Assembly: GCA_051532035.1 (NCBI GenBank) | Contig: JAOPTW010000001.1 | Span: forward strand, 29,041 to 93,040 | Source of the DNA: Fibrobacterales bacterium | GTDB lineage: Bacteria; Fibrobacterota; Fibrobacteria; Fibrobacterales; JAOPTW01 | Length of the DNA: 64,000 nucleotides | Direction of reading: 5' to 3' | Shown: one piece after another, positions 9,009 to 19,500 of the stretch | Position numbering within the stretch: position 1 is the stretch's first letter | Layout of the letters: every line of letters starts with the position of its first letter | The notes under the pieces: generated by a model | Databases searched by the model: none | Told to the model about the DNA's origin: nothing | The model's input: only the letters and a program-made list of their open reading frames with translations | Position numbers and translations under genes: made by a program

Positions 9009-10083
9009 TGAACACCTCCATACCGAATTTAAATTCAGAAAAATTTTTCATAGACTCCACACCTTCATAAAAGCTTGAAGCACGCCAGACCAGGGTAAGT
9101 TGATTGGTCTCTTTGTGGATCTCTACGGTCTGAATAACAGTATCCATAATTTGAAGTCCGGTGCCGACATTAAGCCATGCCTTCATAGTAATACCGGGAA
9201 GTTTACATTCAAATTTGGGATGTTCTGCATCCATGTACATCATTCTGATTGTTTCGTCGCCCTTGAGATACGGAAGTCGCATCCCTGTTTGGGCACTGTT
9301 GTAGAATAAGGGATTGATTAAAGGGGTTGGGTCGCCGAGGGACTGGGGGTCAGCACCATTAGCCAGCTGTTCTTTTCTGGCCGCTTCATTAGCGATGTGT
9401 TGTTCCATAGGTAGTCCTGCGTGTAAATATCGTGGGTAGCTATTTTTTGCTACAGGCCCTAACCCTACAGGGTCAGGTGCTTTTTTCCAATTATTATAAT
9501 CTTTGAGAATCAGTTTCTCAGGGGTCAGTAAGTTATAAGGGTCTTCTAGGTTAGGGAGCTCAAGATCATGTAGAGAGTCAGCTTTCTCTTTAACAACAAA
9601 GCCTTTCCCTGCGGGATTTTTCTGATAGGTATATTGCACACCCTCATCCGACTTATCATCGATGCCACCATAGGCTAAGCCAGAGTGGATAGGCATCTCA
9701 TCAAATAATTCGGGTTCGGTAAATTCAAATCCAAAGGGTGTTTTATTTACCTTTCGGTTTCCAAAAACTCTAATCTGTTTTATAAAGTTGCCAATACCAA
9801 CGGCAAGATCAAAATACTTGGCTCGCTTCCCATTGGGAGCTATTGCCTTTCCTTTAAACAGAACGTCAGTTGCAGGCTTAAATGCCACAAGATCTGATTC
9901 ATGTTTAATGGGATCAGTAATGGGGTTGTCACCATAATACTCATCACTATCGTGAAAAGGAATAGGTGATTCTTTGTCGATTTGAGCAATAAGACCATGT
10001 TCGAAATTGAATGTCTCTTTCCCAAGCACTGACAATATGGGCGTACCGTCTGGTGATGTTCCTGGGATTATTCTCGTAAACAT
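8998..10083 (-). CDS. DUF2169 family T6SS adaptor, copy 1
   Basis: HESDLVAFKPATDVL, AYGG, NPAGKGF, LPNLEDP, LTLVWRA motifs; overlaps the PAAR start. Confidence 0.88.
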   Translation of the reverse strand: MFTRIIPGTSPDGTPILSVLGKETFNFEHGLIAQIDKESPIPFHDSDEYYGDNPITDPIKHESDLVAFKPATDVLFKGKAIAPNGKRAKYFDLAVGIGNFIKQIRVFGNRKVNKTPFGFEFTEPELFDEMPIHSGLAYGGIDDKSDEGVQYTYQKNPAGKGFVVKEKADSLHDLELPNLEDPYNLLTPEKLILKDYNNWKKAPDPVGLGPVAKNSYPRYLHAGLPMEQHIANEAARKEQLANGADPQSLGDPTPLINPLFYNSAQTGMRLPYLKGDETIRMMYMDAEHPKFECKLPGITMKAWLNVGTGLQIMDTVIQTVEIHKETNQLTLVWRASSFYEGVESMKNFSEFKFGMEVFNGR

Positions 10084-10292
10084 AGTTTTAGTTCCAAAAG
10101 TTTCTTCAATAGGTAAAACAAAATATCAACTCGCAGGGTTAAAAAGCAATTATTCTAAATACACTGTGTATACCAATAGGGGTGTCACTGTAGTTGTTAA
10201 TAAAAAGTTCGACACTCTTTTTCAAAATAAGATGCTTCCCATCCGTTCAAGTCTTAAACAGTTAGGAGTAAATTATATAAAAAAAAGGGTGA

Positions 10293-10733
10293 TTAATTGT
10301 TTTGTAAATAATCGTTTACAAATAGACGTCCAAGGTCGTCAACAGCTTTGAGGAGTTCAAGCTCTTTGTACTCACCCATCTTCCATGTATCCCACGTCGC
10401 AGCATCAACCTGCTTATTGTTAAAGCCCAGATAGGCTCCTTGGTGTATTTGGAGTGAAAGGTGGGCGACATAGGTACCCTGGTTACTACTAATTGCATTT
10501 ATAAAAAGTTTTAAAATCACACTACTTGAATTTTCAATTTTAAAGCCACGTCTTTGAAGCCGCTTTGTAATGATCTCACGGTACTCTTTTTCAAAGTGCT
10601 TGAGCTCTTTATTACAGTGAACCCGAACTTCTACCCCAAATTGTTTGAGGTTTCGTAGTGTTTTACCGCCATAATAGACATCGGATGCAGAGAGAGGGGC
10701 TAATAACAGAAGGAGGGCTAAAAGAAATTTCAT
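10293..10733 (-). CDS. Secreted hypothetical protein
   Basis: 146 aa ORF with a clear Sec signal peptide. Confidence 0.7.
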   Translation of the reverse strand: MKFLLALLLLLAPLSASDVYYGGKTLRNLKQFGVEVRVHCNKELKHFEKEYREIITKRLQRRGFKIENSSSVILKLFINAISSNQGTYVAHLSLQIHQGAYLGFNNKQVDAATWDTWKMGEYKELELLKAVDDLGRLFVNDYLQNN

Positions 10734-10871
10734 AATTACCAGTTTTTGGGTATTTTAAGTGAAAAATAGCAAAAAGCGCTATTTTAAAAGGGTTAAAACC
10801 ACAAAAAAGTTAGTAAGAATTACCTGGTTATCTTATGAATTTCTACAAATAAGCGATTATGGCCTCAAAAG

Positions 10872-10887
10872 TGTGATGAGCGTCATA
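10872..10887. promoter_or_regulatory. CRP/FNR-like site, copy 2
   Basis: TGTGA-tgagcg-TCATA upstream of the NlpC/P60 gene, just before a TTGACC -35-like hexamer. Confidence 0.55.
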
Positions 10888-10950
10888 CCTGTGTTTTGAC
10901 CTTTCTGATTTTTAATTATATTTGTCATAAATAACCAGATAATTGAGATT

Positions 10951-11469
10951 ATGCCAAAATATCTAATTGCAATCACTATCGCATTCTTATTCATAGGGTG
11001 TGCGGGAACTCCAAAAGTACGAACGGTACATGTTGAAAAAGAGTTTTCGAGAGCTGGTGGTAAAAATATTAATGAGAAACTTGTCAAATGGCGAGAGATC
11101 AAGAAAGAGAAGCTGAAAGAAGTTGCTGATAGTTATCTCGGTGTCCCGTATCTTTGGGGTGGTAACACACGTAAAGGAATAGATTGTTCTGCATTTATCA
11201 GAGCGGTATTTAAAGAGGTCTACGATCTTGATATGCCAAGAAGAGCGACCTGGCAGGGCGAATTTGGCGTATTTATATTTAAGTATAATATTCAGCCGGG
11301 TGACTTGGTCTTTTTTGGACCCGATCCAGAAGATATTACTCATGTAGGTCTCTATATGGGAGATGGTAAATTTATTAATGCAACCTCCTCTGGCGGGGTA
11401 AAATACTCAGGCCTCGATGAGAAGTATTGGGCAAAACAGTATCAGTTTGCAAAGCGGTTTGTTTATTAA
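10951..11469 (+). CDS. NlpC/P60 (C40) peptidoglycan endopeptidase lipoprotein
   Basis: Lipobox FIG-C; YLGVPYLWGG...GIDCSAF, QPGDLVFF, THVGLY motifs. Confidence 0.93.
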   Translation: MPKYLIAITIAFLFIGCAGTPKVRTVHVEKEFSRAGGKNINEKLVKWREIKKEKLKEVADSYLGVPYLWGGNTRKGIDCSAFIRAVFKEVYDLDMPRRATWQGEFGVFIFKYNIQPGDLVFFGPDPEDITHVGLYMGDGKFINATSSGGVKYSGLDEKYWAKQYQFAKRFVY

Positions 11470-11516
11470 GAATAGACTTTAGAGGCGCCCTCAAAGTGTA
11501 GTATGGTGATTAATTG

Positions 11517-11543
11517 GGCTCAGAGTATCTCTGAGCCTTTTTT
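11517..11543 (+). terminator. Intrinsic terminator after NlpC/P60 gene
   Basis: GGCTCAGAG-tat-CTCTGAGCC followed by a T-run. Confidence 0.8.
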
Positions 11544-11595
11544 GTTTCTTTAAGTTGTGTTGTGTGACCGTTAAGTGTCTTTTGTTCACCAGAGA

Positions 11596-11734
11596 TCCGT
11601 CTCCTCATTGAATTATGATGAATTACTTAAGGGGACTGAGTGAAGGCCTATCTGGTATAGCCATCCTTCATGCGGTTAGTGACTTTATAAGAATGACCCA
11701 GAAGTCCTCTGAACTCATAAAATACATGAACGGA
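11596..11734. ncRNA. Candidate structured ncRNA (possibly 6S-like)
   Basis: ORF-free segment between two terminators with nested complementary blocks: TCCGT/ACGGA, TTATGA/TCATAA, GGGGACT/AGTCCTC, TGAAGG/CCTTCA. Confidence 0.3.
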
Positions 11735-11770
11735 ATAGACAAATGTCGAATAGAGAAGAGTGGATAAAAT

Positions 11771-11809
11771 AAAAAAGAGGCTGTCTCTTAATTGGAGACA
11801 GCCTCTTTT
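11771..11809. terminator. Bidirectional intrinsic terminator
   Basis: AAAAGAGGCTGTCTC-loop-GAGACAGCCTCTTTT. Confidence 0.85.
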
Positions 11810-11836
11810 GATATAATCGAGTAATACGGGAATAGA

Positions 11837-12742
11837 TTAACGTTTGAGTTTTTCTAATTCGCTTTTGAGGTACTGAACCTCTTTCATTAGGAATTCAACT
11901 TTCTCTTCGAGGCTCATATTTGATGAAGGTGTCGATGCTTGATCGTTCATAGATGTTGAACTTCTCTTACGGTTCTTTGTAATAGTAAGAGGCACTCCAT
12001 ATTTCGTTAAAATATCATCAAATTTTGATGTACCAGATCCTGAACCATATACGACAGACTTAACGGCTTTATTTATTTTACGGAGAAGCTTAGGAAATTT
12101 TTTATTTACTCCCATAACATACTCTTCTTCAGTGAGAGTAAGGTCAAGTGTTTTAACCCGTGGATTAACAGTTGCTTCGTAGTCTAGGATAACTTTGTCA
12201 GCGATGATTGCATCAACTTCATTATTTGCAAGTAAATCATAGGTTTCAGACATTTTAGTGACCAACTCAACCTTTGCTTTCTTAATAAACTTTTTAAGAA
12301 AGGTATTACCTGTTGATCCGGCTACTGCTGCCACATATTTACCGTTAAGGTCAATGGCAGAAAAGACGCGATTATCTTTTTTCTTAGTCATTATTCCAAG
12401 ACCAGTCTTATAGTAAGGCATAGTATAAATAATGCCATCTTTTTTATTTTCTTTCACAGAAGAGATAAGGAGGTCAATACGGTCTTTCTTGAGTTTCTTT
12501 TTACCCTCTCTCAGGTTAGAAATCTCGATAATTCTAAAGCGTACTCCAAGTTTTGTAGCAATAGCTGCGGCTAATTCATATTCAATACCTTTGAGGGTGC
12601 TCTGTTTCATTTTACCGAAAGGAGCAGTGCTACTGAGCATACCTACTGTTAAAGCATCTTTTCCAATAGCTTTAAAGCTACGGCTTAATACTGGTGAATA
12701 TGAGAGGGCAATAATAATGAGTAAAGAAATCAGGTGTTTCAT
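11837..12742 (-). CDS. Solute-binding protein, family 3 (amino-acid type), with C-terminal coiled-coil tail
   Basis: Likely start MKHLISLL after GGAG; LTVGM..APF, GIEYELAAAIA..LG, YTMPYY, DLNGK.VA...GSTG motifs. Confidence 0.85.
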   Translation of the reverse strand: MKHLISLLIIIALSYSPVLSRSFKAIGKDALTVGMLSSTAPFGKMKQSTLKGIEYELAAAIATKLGVRFRIIEISNLREGKKKLKKDRIDLLISSVKENKKDGIIYTMPYYKTGLGIMTKKKDNRVFSAIDLNGKYVAAVAGSTGNTFLKKFIKKAKVELVTKMSETYDLLANNEVDAIIADKVILDYEATVNPRVKTLDLTLTEEEYVMGVNKKFPKLLRKINKAVKSVVYGSGSGTSKFDDILTKYGVPLTITKNRKRSSTSMNDQASTPSSNMSLEEKVEFLMKEVQYLKSELEKLKR

Positions 12743-12765
12743 TGTGTTCTCCATTTCTTTTGAGT

Positions 12766-14430
12766 CTATTTAAGTTCAGTTACACATCTAAAGCCAATAA
12801 ATTTTGCACCTTTTGATGAGGCCATATCGACGAGACGGTCTGGGTTAGTGCAACGCTCAGAAGGCATATTGTATGAACAACCTGCGTGAAAGGCAGTTGA
12901 AGCACTTTCACCGACTCCCTCTTCCACAACCCATTCTGAAACATTACCCAAAATGTGATTGAGGGTATTGCCTTGGTTAATTGAGGTAACTGCTTGAGGC
13001 TTGTCAGTAGAGTTTACAATACTTTTAGGAGCGACACTGGTTGTGCTAAACTCTTTTTTCCACTCTTCTGCTGTGGGGAGGCGTTTGTTTTTCCATTTCG
13101 CATAGGCCATTGCATTTGCATAGCTTACATTCACAACAGGATAGGTTTTATACTCTGGATTTCTAAAATAGTCTTCAATTTCAGGGAAGCCTGGATCAAC
13201 AGGGTAGGTGGTGCGTGTACGGTCACAGAACTCTTTATATTCTGCATTGGTTACTTCTGATTGGTCAAAAATAAGTGCAACTTCAGCATTTTTGGCAGCT
13301 GTTGAGTCGTAGTTAAAGCTAGGAGTGTATTCACCTTGCGTAGCAGGGCGTGACTTAGATTTTTTACCAACAAGATCAAAAGAGAGAGCTGCAGATAGGT
13401 TGAAGCCGAAAAATATTTCAGATTGCTCACCCATTACAGCAAAAGGAACGCCGGCTTGTATTGTGAAGTTGTTTGTTGCATCAAAAATAGCTCCAATTTC
13501 CAAGGCAGCTCTAAATGATTCACTGTCTTTAACAGAACCTGCAGAATCTTGATTTGCTAATGAATAGAACCCATCCAAACCTAAGAAGGGAAGAACTGGT
13601 CCAAGAAGATATCCTGCTTGTAAATGAGCAGTAGCAACACCACCGAGTTGTTTATTGTTATCGTCTAGGTCAGGGAAGTTATATTCGTAACCAACTTGGC
13701 CAAGGAACTCTGCTCCATAAAAACTTTGAAGGGTAATGAGGTCAGCTGCAACAGAGTAGGCATTCGTTGTATGTTCATCTTCATTTTGATCACCATTTGC
13801 AAATTTAAAGTCAACATTTATTGCTGAGTTTATTGGTCGGTGAGTGTATTTAAAGCCTGTGGTAATATCCATTCTTGAAAATGCATTCTCAGCACTATCT
13901 TTGCCAATGGTAGCATAAGGGAGATGTGCATGAAATTCAATGTTCATAGGGAGACCAACGCGAAGGATGATAGGCATCATATATTGTTTACCAAGAGCAT
14001 CATTTGAGTAAGTAGTGTCACCCTTTGCTTCTCCTAGTTTTCCATTATATATGCCAGTTCTATGTTGATAGGCATACCCTAATTCAAACTGAAGGTAGCC
14101 TGGAGCTACAGAAAGATTTTCATTGAGGAATGATTTATTACGGTAAAGAAAGTCATGCTCTATTTTTTCTGTCTCATCAAGGTCGATGTTCACCTTATAT
14201 TTGGCAGACTTAAAAATAGGCTTCACGGGTTTGAGAGTAATATTATGTGTGCCCAAAACCATTTTGTCATTAATATAGGGCGTTACCTCTTGCTCTGTGA
14301 TGTCGTTTAATATTACAGTAGCACTATCAGGGGTAGTGGTTACTTCGAGGGTGCCAAATCGTGGACTTGCAGCAAAAGTTTCTAGGGCAAGTAATGATGC
14401 TGTTGCGGTAATTATAGTTATTTTTTTCAC
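12766..14430 (-). CDS. Exported PEGA + putative beta-barrel + FGE-sulfatase (SUMF1/TagR-like) domain protein
   Basis: Likely GTG start at 14430. GTLEVTTTPDSATVILN (PEGA); alternating amphipathic strands; EVTNAEYKEF, YPVVNVSY..A.AYAKW..KRLPTAEEW, GNVSEW, IGFRCV (FGE-sulfatase). Confidence 0.8.
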   Translation of the reverse strand: MKKITIITATASLLALETFAASPRFGTLEVTTTPDSATVILNDITEQEVTPYINDKMVLGTHNITLKPVKPIFKSAKYKVNIDLDETEKIEHDFLYRNKSFLNENLSVAPGYLQFELGYAYQHRTGIYNGKLGEAKGDTTYSNDALGKQYMMPIILRVGLPMNIEFHAHLPYATIGKDSAENAFSRMDITTGFKYTHRPINSAINVDFKFANGDQNEDEHTTNAYSVAADLITLQSFYGAEFLGQVGYEYNFPDLDDNNKQLGGVATAHLQAGYLLGPVLPFLGLDGFYSLANQDSAGSVKDSESFRAALEIGAIFDATNNFTIQAGVPFAVMGEQSEIFFGFNLSAALSFDLVGKKSKSRPATQGEYTPSFNYDSTAAKNAEVALIFDQSEVTNAEYKEFCDRTRTTYPVDPGFPEIEDYFRNPEYKTYPVVNVSYANAMAYAKWKNKRLPTAEEWKKEFSTTSVAPKSIVNSTDKPQAVTSINQGNTLNHILGNVSEWVVEEGVGESASTAFHAGCSYNMPSERCTNPDRLVDMASSKGAKFIGFRCVTELK

Positions 14431-14453
14431 TGTTACTATTCTCTTCGTTTTAT

Positions 14454-14469
14454 AGTGATAAATGTCAAT
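14454..14469. promoter_or_regulatory. CRP/FNR-like site, copy 3
   Basis: AGTGA-taaatg-TCAAT in the divergent region upstream of tssK. Confidence 0.45.
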
Positions 14470-14545
14470 AAGCACTTCAAAAATAGTATAAAACGAGTAA
14501 ATTTAATGTTAAATTCGCAAATCATCTATATACGGTTTAACTTTT

Positions 14546-15865
14546 ATGATAAAGAAAATTTCTTGGTTAGAGGGAATGGCACTGCTTCCCCATCATTTTC
14601 AGCAGGCAGAAAAGTATTATGAATCACTTATTTCTTCTAAAATTATTGCGCTTAATCCAAATTCATTTGGCTTTACTTCCTTAACTGTAGACTCTTATGC
14701 CCTTTCAAATGGGGTGTTTTCTATTCAAGAGTGCAAAGGGATTTTCCCGAGTGGTCTCTTTTTTGAGTCTAATGACGTGGAAAATCTTGTCGAATCCCGT
14801 TCAGTAGGTGAGATGTTCCCTGCAGAGAAAGAATCTCTTGATGTCTTTCTTGCTGCACCACTCCAAGAAGAAACTAAAGCAAATGTCACTGATGACAAAC
14901 AATCAAGCTCTGCGCTTTTTATAAAAGATCAAAAAGCGGTTCCCGATGTTAATACCGGATCTAACTCAAAAGCGGTCACTTATTCAAAGTTAAACTTGAA
15001 AATTGTGTTTGAAGGTGAACAAATAACGGGGTATGAGGTCTTAAAAGTTGCAGAACTTAAAAGAAACTTACAGGCTCAAATTGCGGTGAGTGATACATTT
15101 ATGCCTATTACTTTGGCGCCGATAGCATCTCCGTATGTGCAGCAGAGTCTGAAAAAGGTCATTGATAAAGCTACTGAGAAACAGACGTGGCTTATCGGTC
15201 AAAATTTGGTGATGGGCGGAGAGAATCTATCCAGTTGCCTGCTTCTTTTGACACTGAATCAGTTTTTACCGGTGCTGAATAGTTATTATATAAATTCAAA
15301 TACATCGACAGAGCAACTCTATATTAAGCTTTTGGAGTTTGCCGGAGCCCTTTGTACTACCAATCCTGTAGTAAAATCTAATGAACTCCCTATTTATAAT
15401 CATGCAAGTCAGCAGCACTGCTTTGAAAAGCTGTTTGATGGACTTAAAGCACTGCTCGAAGCATCAGTGGACCTACGTTATGAATTGACAAAAATGAAAC
15501 AGAGCACAGCAGGTGAGTATCAGGGTGATTTAACCAATGCAAACCCATCAATATACTCTGAAGTATTTCTTGCCATTGACTCTCCACTTGATACCCAGAC
15601 ATTGGTAACTCAAGTGAAGCAGATTGGTAGAGCGGCGCCAATCGCTAAACTCAAGAGCCTTGTTGTATCGGCTCTTCCGGGAATTGATATTGATTATGTT
15701 CTCGATCCACCACTTACAATTAGCCCTAAACCAGAAAAAACCTATTTTAAACTATCCAATACTCATCCGCTGTGGAATGAAGTGGTTGCAACTCGAATGT
15801 TTGGGCTGCATCTTCCTCCTGCAATTACTGTTACTGCAGTTGAAATTATTGGACTTAAATCTTAA
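14546..15865 (+). CDS. tssK: T6SS baseplate subunit TssK
   Basis: N-terminal WLEGMALLPHHFQQ; LVVSALPGI; first gene of the T6SS operon. Confidence 0.93.
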   Translation: MIKKISWLEGMALLPHHFQQAEKYYESLISSKIIALNPNSFGFTSLTVDSYALSNGVFSIQECKGIFPSGLFFESNDVENLVESRSVGEMFPAEKESLDVFLAAPLQEETKANVTDDKQSSSALFIKDQKAVPDVNTGSNSKAVTYSKLNLKIVFEGEQITGYEVLKVAELKRNLQAQIAVSDTFMPITLAPIASPYVQQSLKKVIDKATEKQTWLIGQNLVMGGENLSSCLLLLTLNQFLPVLNSYYINSNTSTEQLYIKLLEFAGALCTTNPVVKSNELPIYNHASQQHCFEKLFDGLKALLEASVDLRYELTKMKQSTAGEYQGDLTNANPSIYSEVFLAIDSPLDTQTLVTQVKQIGRAAPIAKLKSLVVSALPGIDIDYVLDPPLTISPKPEKTYFKLSNTHPLWNEVVATRMFGLHLPPAITVTAVEIIGLKS

Positions 15866-15885
15866 AAGAGTATAAAAGGCAGACA

Positions 15886-16503
15886 ATGAATAGTTCTTTT
15901 ATAAAGCACGCTGCTCCCTTAATAAATATGGGGGTTCAGATTCAAAGCATTCAATTTGAGTCGCCAGCAAAGTTGCAAGAAGATATCCTTGAAAAAACCG
16001 AAGCATTTGTCGAAGCTGCAACAGCAATGGGGAAGAGTGGAGGTGAAATTGAAGAGGCGAAATATGGCCTCTTATCTTTTCTTGATGAACTCATTTTTAA
16101 AAACAGTAGTATTGGGTATGAATGGCTTGAATATCGCCTTATGATGAAGGTATTTAACGATCAGCTCGCTGGTGAAAGCTTTTTCACAAAATTTGATACC
16201 TATGTGAAGGATGATACGAAACGAGATTTAGCTGAATTCTATGGGGTATTGATGCTTCTTGGTTTTCAAGGAAAGTTTCAGCTCGAGGGCCTTGAAGGGC
16301 TCCAGCTTAAAATTAAAGAGGTAACAGATCTACTGTACCCTAATGCAGAAGGGGCGGTCCCTGACCTCTCAAAATTTGCAACCATAGCTCCAGGGGCGCT
16401 CCCTCGTGAAAAAAGTGGAAAGTCGTTTCTACTCTACGCATTTGGACTGGTAATTCTCTCGGGAATTGCATATATGGCACTTCTTACACTCGCTCAGGTA
16501 TAA
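15886..16503 (+). CDS. tssL: T6SS membrane protein TssL (DotU), no OmpA domain
   Basis: AKYGLLSFLDE, DQLAGESFF, LLGFQGKF, C-terminal TM helix. Confidence 0.9.
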   Translation: MNSSFIKHAAPLINMGVQIQSIQFESPAKLQEDILEKTEAFVEAATAMGKSGGEIEEAKYGLLSFLDELIFKNSSIGYEWLEYRLMMKVFNDQLAGESFFTKFDTYVKDDTKRDLAEFYGVLMLLGFQGKFQLEGLEGLQLKIKEVTDLLYPNAEGAVPDLSKFATIAPGALPREKSGKSFLLYAFGLVILSGIAYMALLTLAQV

Positions 16504-16520
16504 CAGAAATAGGAAAATTA

Positions 16521-19500
16521 ATGAAAGCGATAAAATCACTCTTTTTTTGGATCTGCGTAGGTATCATAGCTCTTGCTGTAGGTTTTTACTTTACGGCACC
16601 TATGATGGGCCTCGAAGACTCTCTCTATAACATACTCATTTCCGCTGCTATTGCAGTCCTTGGGCTCTCAATAAGTTTTATCATAAAAATGAAAAAGCAT
16701 TATAACTCTATTCAAAAAAAGAAGCCTCAGTCAAATGCTGCTGAGTGGGAGACGAGTTGGCAAAAGCCTTTGGCTGATGAAACCAAAGAAATTCTCAAGC
16801 GTATTCAAGAGGTGTATAAAAAGACCAATGTTAGTATCGAGAAAACGAAATTCTTTCTGGTTATTGGACAAAAAGGCTCAGGTAAAAGTACCCTTATTCG
16901 TGAAAGTGGCCACCATATGCGCTATATCTTTCCGACAGCTCGCGATAAACAACAGAGAAGAAAAATATTTTTTAATTGGAGTGTTTCTGATAATGCTGTC
17001 TATATAGAAGCACCGGCTGATTACCTTGCAAATGGTGATAAAGTAGCCCAAGAACTCCTCTTTTTATTAGAGCTCCTCAAAGATGAACCGAAGAAGAAAA
17101 CTCTCGATGGTATCATTGTAACAGAGAAAGTACACGATTTAGCAGATAAGGATAATGCTAAGGCTCGTGCTCAAGTTAATAGAAAAACGGTTGAAGGAGT
17201 TATGGCTCAGATTCAACTTGAACTTCCTGTCTATGTTGCGCTCACCAACCTCGACACCCTTCCTGGCGCTAAATTATATTGTGATGCCCATGAAGAGAGT
17301 TTTTTAAATCAAAGTTTTGGTGTTTCTATTAAGCACTCTGAAGCAAAGGATACCCGGTCAGTTTTTGATAAACGGTATGGTGAGCTCCTTGATGGGCTCT
17401 ATGATAATCAGATGTTTAGTATGTATTCTCAACAGAAAAAAGGCATTGCTCCTGTTGAGACATATGCATTTGTTCGCGGCCTTGAAGAACGTCGAGCTAC
17501 TATTGGTGACTATGTAGAGATACTCTGTAAAAAAGGCTTGACTAAAGAAATAAGTTATTTTCGCGGACTCTATTTCACTGGTGTTGAATCAGTTGCAAAA
17601 GATCAGCCACAAGCAGCACCGGCTGCACCTGCACTCGACCCTTTTGGAGGGGCTGCTTTTTTTGAAGACGAAGGCGCGGTTTCTGCGGCAGCACCAGAAA
17701 TGAGTGCTATTGAAGAGCCGGAGCCGGTACTTGGTGGTCTCAGTTATTTTGCACATGCTTTTCTCGCGTGGGTTGAGGGTGAAAAAGAACTTGTTCGCTA
17801 TCCAAAATATCGTCAAAGTAGTATGTCTCGCTCTGCTGCGCTCATCTCATTTTTATTGTTTCTTGGGGCTGCAGGCGTTGCAGGGTATGGAGTATATGGT
17901 TTTACGATGAGTAAGGTGTTGCTGAATAGATGGGAAGAACTCGTCAATGATGCACGTCGGCTTAAGTGGAGTCAACCCAAAACAATTATTCGAGAATTTT
18001 CAAAATATGATGGATTGCGCTTGGCAATTGAAGATATCGAAGAGAACCGATCGCTCACAATTGCTCCAGGCTTTTATCCCGATGGTAAGATTTTACCGAA
18101 AGCAGAGAAAAAACATATTGTACTTTCTCATGCCTTAACGCGAAATTGCCTTAAGACTCTCGAAAAAGACCTCAATAATAAATTGACTGCAGGGGTCAGA
18201 GATTCTGAGAGAACTGAAGTCTATAACGATTTTAGATTGTATGCATCATTGACTACAGCAGGGAAGGGACATTATGATAAAATGAATGTTGATTCTGTTG
18301 GTGCGGGCCTTGCAAGAAAGTGGTATAAGCTTTTAGGTATTACCCCATATACTGCTTCACAGCATATTAAAGAGACGCTGCCTTTGAATGCGCGCCTCTA
18401 TGTTCAGTACTTAATCGATGAGCGGGTGCATAAAGGAAGTAAACTCTATGTTGCAAACCCTGCACTTGTTAAAAAGGCACGGAGAGCTTTAGCTGGTGAG
18501 AGTGAAGTTGAAGCTATTTATCAAGCAATGTTAGAGGCGGGTAATAGTGCGCCAGCACTGCGCTTATCTGATCTCGGAGTTGAAGAGAATAGTATTATTG
18601 TAAACTCGGGTGAAATTCCTGCGGCTTATACAAAAGTAATGTACGATTCGGTTATCAAGCCGTTCTTTACTAAAACAAATAGTGCTCAAGGAGATTGGGT
18701 TTTAGGTAAAGATAAAGAGACGTCGACGGTAAGTAAGGATTTGGAAGAGAAAGTGATGACCAAGTATTATCGCGATTATGCCTATACTTGGAGAAGTTTT
18801 ATTAAAAATATTAAGACAAAACGGACCCCAGATCTTCAAAGGCTTTCAGAAAAGCTTATAGCGCTTGCAAGTGCATCTCAAGATGAAACACTACTTGGTC
18901 TTCGGGCGTTTATAGAAAATGTTTCTCGAAATACAAATCTTGTGGTGGACCTATCAGGGGCAAAAAATCTTGTAAATAAAGTGAGTGGTCCTAATAAAAA
19001 GCTGAATAATAAGATGAAAATTGTGCGTCGCTATCAAGATGATATACCGGAATCGATGCTCTCTCCACAAGAGCGACTTGCAAAAAAGTTTAGTGGTTTT
19101 TCAGTACTTACAGGAGAAATTCGGGGCAAAAAGTTCGATGACTATTTTGAGGACCTTGTAAAAACATCAAAATTTTTGATTGAAACTACAGGGAATCCAG
19201 ATGAAGCGGTCACCTTTTTAGGTGAACTTTTTAAAGGAGACCGAAAGAACCCAGCAAATCATGCCTATGCGGCCGCCCAGGCTTATATTGATGAAGTACC
19301 TGCACGTCAGCAAGATCTCCTTAAAAGTACGCTTCTTCTTATTGTAAGAGAGGTTGTTAACTCAGTGGTTTCGTATGCATCGATTGGCTTACAAGAAGAG
19401 TATGAAAAACAGGTAGTAACTAACTATGAGTCCTATTTGCAATCATCTTTTCCGTTTGATCATGAAGAGCGAGAAAAGATGGCATCCCTTGAAGACCTTA

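Noticed and set aside
8614..9078. 154 aa Pro/Ala-rich + strand ORF
   Set aside because: Antisense shadow of the GC-rich PAAR coding region.
14431..14475. N-terminal extension of the PEGA/FGE ORF
   Set aside because: The signal peptide begins at GTG 14430; the extension overlaps the regulatory motif.
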